This document shows positions 37,877 to 49,200 of a stretch of 64,000 bases of DNA, piece by piece. The DNA is from Amphiscolops sp. MND2022. Taxonomy: Eukaryota. Below the pieces are notes generated by a model. It worked only from the letters and a program-made list of their open reading frames with translations. It did not search any database and was not told the DNA's origin. Position 1 is the first letter of the stretch. Each line of letters opens with the position of its first letter. A program made the position numbers and the translations under genes. The stretch is taken from NCBI GenBank assembly GCA_964187785.1, contig OZ076415.1, positions 13,392,001 through 13,456,000 on the forward strand, written 5' to 3'.

Positions 37877-38879
37877 TCGACACTTCAATCTGTAACTGTA
37901 AAGCTCTTTTGATGGGTATCCTCATCTCAGAACGAAATATAAATCTTACCATAAATTTGTTTTTGTATCTAGACCTAATACTGCAGCTCTGTTAACGTCT
38001 TCCTTTCAAAGTACTTCATCAACATCAAGCATCGTTATCTGAAATGAAATCCTGTTCTAAAAGACAAAAAAAACTGAACAACAAACTCAAGACGAAAGTT
38101 TTTGCGCTCAAAGTACCAAACGTGGATATTCAGGCTGAAAATATCATTTTTCAGTTTTCGCTACTGTAGGTAGCATTTTTGCAAAAATACATCAAAAAAC
38201 AGGTGTTAGCAACTGTAAATAGGGTCGTTTTAGAGTTTGTCAGTTCTCAATATTTGTTCACCTCGGCTCAGTCTGTTGCTCTCGTCTGCCACGTCAAACT
38301 TTGGATTGAATTTTTTGCAAACTTTTGCAACATAGTCATGTCTGGGGGTAGCGCCATTGTCTGCATATTAGAGGGTGACGTTACCAGCTACGTTTTGGAG
38401 ATTTTCATTTCACAATTGTTTTGTTTTAGTCGTGATCAAGATTGTCACCATTATCAAAATTAGTGAAATAGAAGCAATTTATTGGCTGAAATCACGGGTT
38501 ACCATGTGTGATCTTTCACGGCATCATGACTTTTTAATCTCTGATTAGACATGGCATCATGGTTTCTTTCATATATTTTCCATGATCATTGATGGTTCAT
38601 GGATGGAACGGCACTACCTGTAAACCTGGGAACACAACAGTTGTCTTTCGCAGACGGTTATAATTTGCCTAGTTTCGAACGTACTTCGAGCCATAGTTTC
38701 AGACTTATCAGAATGAGCAACTTCTTTCCGAGAGCTTTAACTTAAGTGTTTTTAAAAGCCTTCAACAATGTTTACATAACACCTTTGCACAATGACGGTG
38801 CCAAATTGGCAAGGAGTCTTCAGAAGTAACACAGTGAGCGACCGACCAAGATCAGAATGTTATTTCAAAAACCATGAAC

Positions 38880-39141
38880 CTTATGTCCCCTTCCGGGTTA
38901 TAATCATCAGCGCCTTTGTTAGAAAAGTTCGCTACTCCCAGATCCCCAATTTTATAGATTGGCAAGTTGTTTCTCTCGCACTCTTCAGCCGAGTAAGGGC
39001 CGTCCGGGTATCCTCCAAGAATCCGGGCATCGTCAAATATGTCTTTCAGCGAAGGCGAGTCGGGATCAGGTCGTTGGAATTTTCCTGAATGGTTGTAATT
39101 GATGAATATGTTAGGTGGCTTCAAGTCATTGTGTACTATTC
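38880..39141 (-). CDS. WEE1: Wee1-family kinase exon: catalytic loop to activation segment (IVHNDLKPPNIFI...YKIGDLGVANF...PEGDIR)
   Basis: Acceptor tttcAG at 39143-39142 in phase with the upstream exon; HxDxKPxN and Wee1-type KIGDLG. Donor is either AG|GTTCAT (38879) or ATG|GTTTTT (38872). Confidence 0.9.
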
Positions 39142-39509
39142 CTGAAATAAAATTTAACATAACTCAGTCCAGATGATGGAAGACGTCAGAATAAAAAGTA
39201 CGAAACGATGTATAGTCTAATAGAAGGGTCACACTAATTTTCCAGAAACAAACTGGTGGTGGGGAGAACAGAGAAGAACCGGGTCGACAAACGTTTGCAG
39301 AGAGTCTCTGCAACGAAATCTTATAGGAATCATAAGAATTGAAGGTAGCTGTTTTTAGTCGGCGTTTTCGAAGAAAATCCGGAATCTTACAGTGGCTAAT
39401 TTTTTTCGTCAGTTCAACGCGACCGGTCCACTTTTTGTGCATTATGTGCATTTTTGTGTTTTTACCATAAGTACTTAGTACTTCATTTTCAACGCATCCA
39501 AAGCCTCTA

Positions 39510-39948
39510 ACATGAGATATACTTTTTCGGCACTATGAGACTGTTCAAATTCCTCAAATTTTATTTTTTTCCGAACTTTTTTTTTTGCTCCAAAGGATAC
39601 CACCCATAATTTTATTTCATTTTTTGCAACAGAATGGATCCGCCTTTCATTTCTACTTTTTAAACGTATCATACAAAACCGGACGAGACTGAGAGGTCCC
39701 CCCTTCCAATTTTTTTTCGGCGCTGTGCGACTTTTTTTCGAATTTTTTTTTCGTCTCCAAAGGGTACCCCTTTGGTTTTTTTTTACTTTTTTAGCGTAGC
39801 CTACAGAACCGGATGACAGTGAAGGGCCCCCCTTTCGAGTTTTTCGGCACTGTGTGACTTTTTAGCGATTTTTTTTGTCTTCAAAAGGCTCGCCCTTCGA
39901 TTTTTTAAGCCTTAGATAAAGGGCCGACTTGGGCCGTTCCCGGCTTGT
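39510..39948 (+). repeat. Dispersed subrepeat-containing element, same family as 5070-5358
   Basis: About three degenerate units with TTCGGCACT/CGACTTTT/CCAAAGG motifs ending GCCGACTTGGGCCGTTCCCGGCTTGTTT. Confidence 0.7.
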
Positions 39949-40715
39949 TTAATATTACGTTTAATTACCTTATTTAGCTATCAGAAACACAAGATTCTCA
40001 TTGGCAAAAACAATTAATTCTGCTGTTATCCAATTGGGATAGGAAATAAGCTTTGTAGCTCTTCCAGTTCTTTGAGAGCCAATTTGGTACATGTTTGTCA
40101 GAAGAATAAAAATGTTTATTCAGAAGAATAAAGAATTGAAAATATGAAATTAATGGTTGCTCAATATCAGAAGCATATAACGATACTAATTGCCCGAGTT
40201 AACTTTCGTGTTTGAATTTTGTTCATTATCGCTAGGTCTTCAGGTAAATTATTGAAATCTCTTTGCTATTTCTAGCAGTTTGAGAAATCATTGGGAACAC
40301 GTTTTTTACTTTACTTTTCCGTTTGTTGGATCCGAAATTACTAGAGGTCCCTTTTATGTAAATACGGCATCCATGACTTATCTGTGATCAACGTAGATTT
40401 GAACTTTGAACAAAAATTGACTCGAAGTCACTGTTTTGGGGCCTGGTATATGCTGTCCATTTTGTTTTCTTTTCAAAATTATCATATCTAAGTCATTTTG
40501 TTGAGCGTTCTAATTTTTTGTTGCCTGAATAACTTGAAATAATATAAAAGAAAAGCTACAGTTTTTCGGAGCCATTAAAGTGTGTAGGAAAGAGGAATAT
40601 GTTCTGGAAGACGTTTCAAGGCCATGTGTCCCTCTGTAAAAACCAATCAGGGACCGTACCCCAGCTGCTTGAACGTTTAGTATAGTCAAACCCAATCAGC
40701 AGACGAAGCAAGTAC

Positions 40716-40894
40716 CTTGTGAATGCATGAATTTGAGGCCACTGCCAATATGGAGAAGTACTTGTTTCTGTTCACCCTCGTCCATCTTCGAACCGGTCTT
40801 TAAATTTGCTAGGAACACGTCCTCGAGAGAACCGCCATTGCCCAGCTCGGTCTGGATTAGTAAATAGCTACCATCAACCCATGAGCCGCAGTAT
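40716..40894 (-). CDS. WEE1: Wee1-family kinase exon (R-YCGSWVDGSYLLIQTELGNGGSLEDV...LKFMHSQ-G)
   Basis: Acceptor tattAG at 40896-40895, donor GTACTT at 40715; both junctions in phase. Confidence 0.9.
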
Positions 40895-41421
40895 CTAATA
40901 AAACATAGATGATCCAGCTGATCCAGATATAAGAATCTGCACAACCCCTAAATTGCGATTTTGACAAACCAAAATCTAACATACATGTTATAGGCATGTG
41001 ATATCAGTTTTGTGAGAAAAACTTAAAAGTTGATCCAGATGAAAATAACTCTGTGATTGACAAAAAATTTCCATTTTTTCAGTTTCTTTTCATGGACCAC
41101 TGCCATATTTTGTTGCAACTGCTATTTGTTGAAAGAATCACAGGAATTTTTTCCTTTCCCCTTTATGACAAAACTAGCATAAATTAGTATCTCTTTATAA
41201 ACATTTGTTTAGTCGTCAATTTTTTCAGGAAAGTCAAATCAAAGTGACTGGATGGGTGAAAAGTGTAATTTTCGAGTTTGTTTTAATTCTGCAATCAAAG
41301 ATTCAAACAAAAACATGCAGACCGTTTAAACAACTTTTTCGAAACACAAATTGGTTTGAAGCCAATCGTTGGATTTTTGTAGCCATCACATTGGTGCAAG
41401 TTTTACATCACAGTTGCTCAC

Positions 41422-41578
41422 CTGATAATATGTGGATGACCGCAAAGTGCTGAAAGTGCATAGATTTCCCTTAAGGCGAATCCAAATGATCCACCTTGTT
41501 CTCTCGTTTTTTTGATTGCATACGCGATTCCGTCCAGTTTTCCGATGTACTTACTAACTTCCCCATAAGACCCAGCTC
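41422..41578 (-). CDS. WEE1: Wee1-family kinase exon: Gly-rich loop to helix C (GAGSYGEVSKYIGKLDGIAYAIKK...ALREIYALSALCGHPHII-R)
   Basis: Acceptor ttttttcAG at 41580-41579, donor GTGAGC at 41421; LDG.YAIKK and ALREIYA match Wee1. Not in the ORF track (no ATG). Confidence 0.9.
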
Positions 41579-43342
41579 CTGAAAAAACTCAGCCATTGAC
41601 ACTAAATAATCAAAGACAACATATACAAAAATGTTTGAAAAACTTCGAGAAAAAATTTCATCAATGTTAACTTGGTCAGAAAAAGTTGGGGTCTAAAATT
41701 CTATATTTGGCAAAAATTCTTGTTAGGTCCTTTGTTAAAGGGCTCGATGACAACTAACTCAGCTAACTGATAGTTTGGAAACGTTGATGTCGATAATCTT
41801 GAATTCAATCAACTGTTAATTTTAATAGACATGTGGCAAATAATCTTTTGTTGAATTCTCTTTTCAATAGTTGTGTTTACTAACAACCAGTTAACAACTG
41901 TGGTTGAATTAGGCTAGAGCAAGCGCTCTACCACATCCTTCCATGAAAACTGGAAAAAACTAACATGGCAACTTGGTAGAAAGGACCGTGCGTACTTAAA
42001 CCCCCTAGTTTAGAGTTTAATAATTTAATAATACATAGAAAATATTCCAGCTATTGTTGAAGAGAGGCAAGTTGGAAAAAAACAAGCCGGGACCGGCCGC
42101 CCAAGTCGGCACCCCGCTAAAATAAAACAAATGTTTTTTAACAACTCAAAGGACAACTTTTGAACTTCTATCAATTTCTAAGTGCCGGAAAGGACCCCAA
42201 GAGATACGCATAATACTCGGTAAGTACTTTTTCCTCAAGTGGAAACACAAATAATCCATCTTTCCATTTTGTTTTGAATTTTTAGCGGGGTCAAAAGTCT
42301 CATAGTGCTGAATAAGAAGGTAATTTCAGCTCGCAACCTTTCTTTTCTCAAACCGAAATCAGCTATGAAAGCGAGAGGGTGAAACCCAATGACAAAATTA
42401 AAATTTCGAAAAATAGAACAAACCAAAAAAGTTTCAACAAGGTATGATAAAGTATTGAGAATAAAACAGCTTTTCGATTGACCTGCAGTGCCAGTGAGAA
42501 GTGACTCGGAAGATTGAAGAACTTGAAAATTTTTCCGCTGGAAAAAATTACTCTTGGCCCCGTTTGTGTCCCATTTTTTTTGCTCAAACACTTTTTAGCA
42601 GTTGTAATTGTGAAGCTAATTGAATTTATCTTCTTTAAAAACTAAAAAATTTAAAAATAGTTACTTTTTTGACTGATCGTCCAACTTCGGTTCAATTTTG
42701 TAATGTTGTCCTAGGTATATACTATTTTGTAGTAACAATTAGCGACTTTGTGTTTCTTTCAATGCCCAAAAGAAACTGGAAAATGTCATTTTTTGAACAT
42801 TTTCCGGAATTTGAGGAGTCCCGAATTTTTTGAACGCCCAAACCTGGTAATTTTTGACACTTCTGAAAAAAACTCCGAGTGTTTTCACACAATTTGGCAT
42901 TGGTATGAATCAGCTCTGAACTGTGACAAAGAATTGGCAATGCAAACATAAGAACACATAAGAACTCGGAATTCGATGGATGTTTCTATGTTTCTGGCTA
43001 AACTTCTGCGGCATAGAAAAATCAACCTTCGGATAATTTCAGTAAACCCCGACAAAAATTCATAGATCTCAACTTCATCAAAATTCCCGTATAATATCGT
43101 TCCTGGGATTTTGAATTGTATAATCATTTTAGTATTTAGGAGTACTTCTTACTTCCAACATCGCTCGTAATTTTTCAAAGAATTGGAAAAAAACAACGGA
43201 AATGATTACACGTAACAGATGAAAGCTGTCAAAGGTTTTGAAATTCATGTCCGGACAATTGTTTGGATTAGGTACATTTAGCCAGCCCTAATTACCTTAT
43301 ATCTTCCTTACTAAATTACTTGGGTTTGTAAAAAGTTAGAAT

Positions 43343-43888
43343 TTTAAGAGACGCTGCAGAACTGCAGTATTAGGGCTAAACAAAGTCACAACTGGATGGT
43401 AAGACTTTTATTTCTGTTGTGTGTAGAGTTAGAAATCGAAAGAGTTTTACAATGACGAAAACAAATTAGATACATTTACTTTCAGAGCAGCGCATGAACG
43501 TCGAGACAGTTAGACTAGACACGTGAAGGATAGTAAAGAACAAATCATTAGACAGGTATCGCATCCGACCAAGTTTCAAAAATGAGAATGTTTAGCGGGG
43601 AGTTGAGAGCAAACTACTTTTTGAGATTTGGGATTAAAACAGTTTGGGTTCTAAATTGATATCCCCATAATCTGATATTACCAATCATCTCCCACTACCC
43701 ATTGTATGAATGTCTAGACTTCTACTCGCTGCTAAGAATTTTAATGTATCTAATTTGTATTCAACATGTATTTTATCCTGGAAAGCACGTCTTGATTTGT
43801 AACTCTTTACAACGATGATAAAGTTTTCACCATAACGTTGTCATCCTCTAAGACCTAATACCGCAGCTCTCTTAGAGTCTTTAAAAGT
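43343..43888. repeat. Old foldback or inverted pair, arms about 150 bp
   Basis: 43343-43495 aligns to the reverse complement of 43726-43888 (shared CTGCRGTATTAGG, ACAAATTAGATACATT, AGCAGCG); a third copy lies near 37940-38050. Confidence 0.65.
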
Positions 43889-43987
43889 ACTACCTATCTC
43901 TGAAATAATCCAAATACCAACCCAAAAACAAAATAATTTAACTGATGCGATCAAACAAAATCCCTTCTCCTTCACTTTTCTACTACT

Positions 43988-44348
43988 TTCTGTACTAACC
44001 ATTTGGGTTCGATATTCTCCATATCGGTACTTAGTTCCTTTCTTCTGTATTAATCACAAACAGTGATTCGACATATTTATCGGTACAGATTCATCTCTTC
44101 TCTACTAACTATTCTTCAAAAAGTGGATCGACCTCGTAGTCGGCACAAATTTTCTTCTGTACTAATCACCAAATGTGATTCAGCAAATTCTACTGGTACA
44201 AAATCAGCATTTCTGTACTATTCAAGTTGGTTCAACTTTCTGTCGGTTCAATTCCAGTAGTAACCCTCTTGGATTCGACTTTCTTGTCGGTACACCCTTT
44301 TTTCTGTATTAACCAAAACACCTTTTGGTTCAACGTTTCTGTTGGTAC
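43988..44348 (+). repeat. Tandem array of 7 structured units (about 50-58 bp) with conserved stems and variable loops
   Basis: Unit pattern TTCT-GTAY-T-[stem 2]-[stem 3]-GTAC; see findings. Confidence 0.9.
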
Positions 44349-46289
44349 CATTAGTTTAGTCGTTTTTTTCTACAATTCCCATGCTTTCTTTAGATGATTC
44401 AGTTTGTGTTTTTATGAATTTCTTGTATAATTTCGGACTTTTTGAGATCGTTCTTCCCGTCGTCGACGAATTCATGATTGAATTTTCCCCGATAATTTCT
44501 CTGACACCACAATAAGTGTTTTTAACTGAAAACTTTGCTACTATCTATATTTCGACCCATTTATTTTTGCAATGCTTGTTTTTTCATGCTTGTCGTTGTA
44601 AAATAGTTTAATCTCTTTTCCATTAACCTTCTTCATACCCATAAAGTACTTTCTTACCCCCAAACTTCCCACAAAGACTTTTTTGTCATAACTCCACTTT
44701 ATTAGTTTTATTTTTAAAAATTCACTATCTTATTTTACCACACCTCAGTCCTATTTCCTTCTCACTCTCAAATTGTTCTTCTAGTCTACTCCCACAACTT
44801 TACGCTCCAATTTCTTTGAACTCTAACCCTTTAATGACTCTTTCACAACTCCTAATAATAGCTTATTAATTTTTCAAACTCCTCTCAATATTTCATTTCC
44901 ATCCTTTCCTCCTTTCTCACTGTCAAACTATACTTCCTAAACTCCACATATCTTTCCACCGACTTCCCACTGAACCTTCTTTTCACCTTGACATAGTTTT
45001 AGACCGCATCTGGTTTCTGTATTATCATCACCACCACTAATATTGACTGAACCAGCACCTCCTTTACTCCCCTTCCTTTTTTTTCGATGACACTCATCAT
45101 TGCCTTTTACGCGAGACTGATCAAGAATTAACCAAAACTCCTTGAACGTTTTATCTAAAACTCAACTGTTCCTCTTCCTTCTTTTTGAAACAAACCCTGA
45201 AGGTATATACACTACACCTCTTATACGTGAACATCACGACTCATGTTTTATTTTCATTGACACACATTCGTTAGTGAAAAATATTTCAATGAATATTTCA
45301 ATTCCTTTCACCTCTCCTTTGAATCCAACTGAAACCTTCCGTACAAACATTAATCTTTCTATTATTTGTATTCCCATAGCTCAGGTTTTCAACACTTTTC
45401 TCAAAACTTCTCCGAAAAAATTTTTTTTTCAACTCAACATGCTTTCACTCCTTCTCCTATACAGAGCTTCTTCAAAAAAACTCTTTTTAACCTCCCCAAT
45501 ATTGAACAACGCCGCACTATTGAGAATTTTGCCTTTTCTGGCTTCCTCCGACAATCGTTATCCGCAGTTTTTTAACCTCCTCGATTTTCCTGTTGATCTG
45601 TTCACCTACCTTCGTATGACAATCTTGGTATTGACAAAAATGTGAAACTTCCTCTTTCCGTCAGACCACAGGCAAAACATTTTCCTCAACTTCGTTCTTT
45701 TCACACTACCTCTGATGTATCTTTACGAACTATCCCTTCAACCTCGAATGTTTTGGTGAACACTCACCATACAAGCAACCCTTCTCCAACCTTTGATCCC
45801 CTCCGTCACCTTTTCCCAACAACCCATCACTACTCAACCTTCCAATTCTCATTCATCTCACCAATATAATATTCCTAACACTCCTCCTCCAACAAACCCT
45901 ATCACCCAACCATCTATCTCTCACTTCCATCAAACCTTTCCTCCAATTTCTCTTTTGTTCCATAATACTATCACTACTCAACCCAAATCTCATTCTTCCT
46001 AAACATGTTTTCCTCCAGCTCTTTCTTCTTCTAACCCTAAACGTCAATCTTCTTTTTCCAAATCTCAAAATCCTTCGTTATATCTGCCATCTTCCACTTT
46101 AAATCAGCTTCCTACATTTTGTGATCCTTACGCTCCTCCACCCTGGTTTTCATAACTATCCTCCATCTTCTTTTCATCCTCTGCTCTACCTCTTAACCCT
46201 CTCCAACCATCCATATTTACCTTTCTTTATTCCACCTCCTTCTCAATCGCCTCCATCTGTTTTCCAAATTAACTCTTAAATCCTTTCGC

Positions 46290-49200
46290 TGCTCTTTCTC
46301 CATCTCTCTTGCTCCGATCCCATTAAATATTTTGATGGCTTGGAACATATATCCTTCTGAAAAGTATTAGGCTCACCTCAGTGCACGTGTAGCATTTCAA
46401 CTTGGACCGCTACCCCTTGAACTTCATCAATATTTGACATGGCACTCATGACGTATGTCTCTCCTTTTTTGCTTACTCACAGGAATTGCCTCTAATTGGT
46501 ATTGTCGTCTCCCTCAAGCATACAAAAATGATTGGTCTTTTTTCCTCCAAAATTTCGAAAAAATTATAATCTCAAAAACATGCATACCATGCTCAGCTTG
46601 AAGCAGGTTACCTTGTTAAAAGGATAACAAAAATGTTGACAATGAATACCCATCCACGATAAATCTTAAATGACTCGTGGTCTCCCAGAAAAATTAAAAG
46701 ATTTTGCTAACAAACGTCAATCAAACATTTTTCGAGTTCACTTGAACACTCGATTCCCTTTCACTCCCTTGTCAAAATGGTTGATTCTGAAGATATTACC
46801 CATGGAAAATTTAAAACATAAGAAGTTTTTTTAAACCATGAATCAATCTGAAACTTTTAAACAGTACGACTCTGTTAAAGAAAACCTTCGGAATCTCCAC
46901 AACTATATGCCGTGAATTCTAATATTAAAATCTAAACCTCAATTTTCGGAAAAACGTTCTTTCCGCCATAAAGATAATCATTCCGTTTCCACTTGCTATC
47001 GTAGACTCAAATTACCTAAAGAATCTAAACCTCAACCAATGTCACCTACTACCATTTCTATCAACATTTCAAAACACCCTCAGATAAAAACAAAACTCCA
47101 ATCTCCTCGTTATCGTAGTCGACGTGAAAGTAATCAATTTAGAAAATGCGAATCTCCTTCCCATTCTTGATCAAACTTGCCTCACTATATTCTGATGAAT
47201 ACTCTCCTCATAATCATGCTTCAGACTATGATCTATCCGATCTCGTTATGATCAATATTTTAGAAAATCTCCTTCACGCACAATTTTTCTCTCTCGTCCA
47301 TAGTACAACTCTACATCTCCACGAAGCCCTTATAAATAATACCCTCGTTCCCCTCAGCGCTCCTCTTTTTTGATAACTAATCTTTTAGGCGTTATGAAGC
47401 ACCCTCTCGTTCACCCTCTAAAGCAAGTACTGATCGTTATCGACGTCGAGCACAGGCAATTTCTAAAACATACCCTAACTACTAACTACCAGTACAAACC
47501 CACTGTTAATCTAACTCAACAACCCACTTCATCAACTCATATTTCACCCTCTACGGAACCTAAATTTGAAATCAATATGTACCACCCAACCACCTCTCCT
47601 CATCTAACATCTCCTACTCTCCCAAAAAATCATGCTAACGCTATAACTCTTTACCTTCTAAATGAGAACTTTTGTTTCTGCTGGACAGCGTTGCTTCAGT
47701 TTGTGTTTTATGTCTACGCACCCTCACGGTATTAGCTGATCACTTTCTTGATTTTTCAAAATATAATCCCGCGAATAATGACTTTAAAACCTTAACAGTT
47801 GCCAACAAAGCAGAAGTTCCTATTTTATTTCCTGTAATTCTTACACTACAAACTTCTATTCAAGGAAATACTCGCAGTCTTGTCATTCCATTTGCGGTAG
47901 CAAATCTCAAACATAATTTTCTTGGTACCCTTTTCTTTGAAAAACATGTCAAAACTTTCAATACTGAACAAAACTTTTGCTGCTCTTTCTCCATCTCTCT
48001 CTCCGATCCCAATAAATATTTTGATGGCTTGGAACATATATCCTTCTGAAAAGTATTAAGCTCACCTCAGTGCACGTGTAGCATTTCAACTTGGACCGCT
48101 ACCTCTTGAACTTCATCAATATTTGGCATGGCACTCATGACGTATGTCTCTCTTTTTTTGCTCCCTCACAGGAACTGCCTCTAATTGGTATTATCGTCTC
48201 CCTCAAGCTTACAAAAATGATATGTTTTTTTTTCCTTCAAAGTTTCGAAAAAACTATAATCTCAAAAACATGCATACCATGCTCAGCTTGAAGCAGGTTA
48301 CCTTGTTGAAAAGGATAACAAAAATGTTGACAATGAATACCCATCCACCCTAAATCCTAAATGACTCGTGGTCTCCCAGAAAAATTAAAAGATTTTGCTA
48401 ACAAATGTCAATCAAACAATTTTCGAGTTCACTTGAACCCTCTATTCCCTTTCACTCCCTTGTCAATATGGTTGACTCTGAAGATAATACTCATAGAAAA
48501 TTCAAAACAAAAGAAATTTTTTTAAACCATGAATCACTCTGAAACTTTTGAACAGAGTACGCCTCTGTTGAAGAAGAACTTCGGAATCTCCACAACTATA
48601 TGCCGTAAATTCTAATATTAAATCTAAATCTCAATTTTCAGAAAACAATCTTCCCGCCATAAAGATAATCATTCCGTTTCCACTTGCTATCGTAGACTCA
48701 AAGTATTTAAAGCATCTAAACCTCAGTCAATGTCACCTACTACCATTTCTATCAACATTTCAAAACACCCTCAGATAAATACAAAGTTCAATCTCCTCGT
48801 TATCGTAGTCGACGTGAAAGTAATCAATTTAGAAAATGCGAATCTCTTTCCCATTCTTGATCAAACTTGCCTCACTATATTCTGATGAATACTCTCCTCA
48901 TAATTATGCTTCATACTATGATCTATCCGATCAATATTTTAGAAAATCTCCTTCGCGCACAATTTATCTCTCTCGTCCATAGTACAACTCTACAACTTCA
49001 CGTAGCCCTTTTAATTATTACAATCGTTCCCCTCAGCGCTCCTCTTTTTTTGATAACTAATGTTTTAGGCGTTATGAATCACACTCTCGTTCACTCTCTA
49101 AAGCAAGTACTGATCGTTATCGACGTCGAGCGCACGCAATTTCTAAAACATACTCTAACTACTAACTACCAGTACAAACCCGCTGTTAATCTAACTCAAC

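Noticed and set aside
38220-38365. Minus-strand frame DNGATPRHDYVAKVCKKF.. that looks protein-like
   Set aside because: Short, with no supporting splice partners or family motif
38480-38820. Candidate micro-exons that could bridge donor 38872 to exon 4369-4620 (8, 35 and 38 nt AG..GT segments with the right phase)
   Set aside because: None encodes an A-x-E motif and such phase-compatible segments are expected by chance; cDNA is needed
41760-43127. Possible upstream Wee1 exons (e.g. ORF 42885-43127, segment near 42230-42305)
   Set aside because: No recognisable Wee1 N-terminal motif and no phase-consistent chain to the 41578 acceptor could be fixed by eye
43988-44348. CRISPR array or hammerhead-ribozyme array
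   Set aside because: Variable parts are short loops inside stems rather than spacers, the context is eukaryotic with no cas genes, and neither strand has the CUGANGA/GAAA hammerhead core
45660-46290. C/T-rich low-complexity tract as a regulatory or triplex element
   Set aside because: Explained by a Pro/Ser/Thr-rich element ORF plus the family-wide G-poor coding-strand bias
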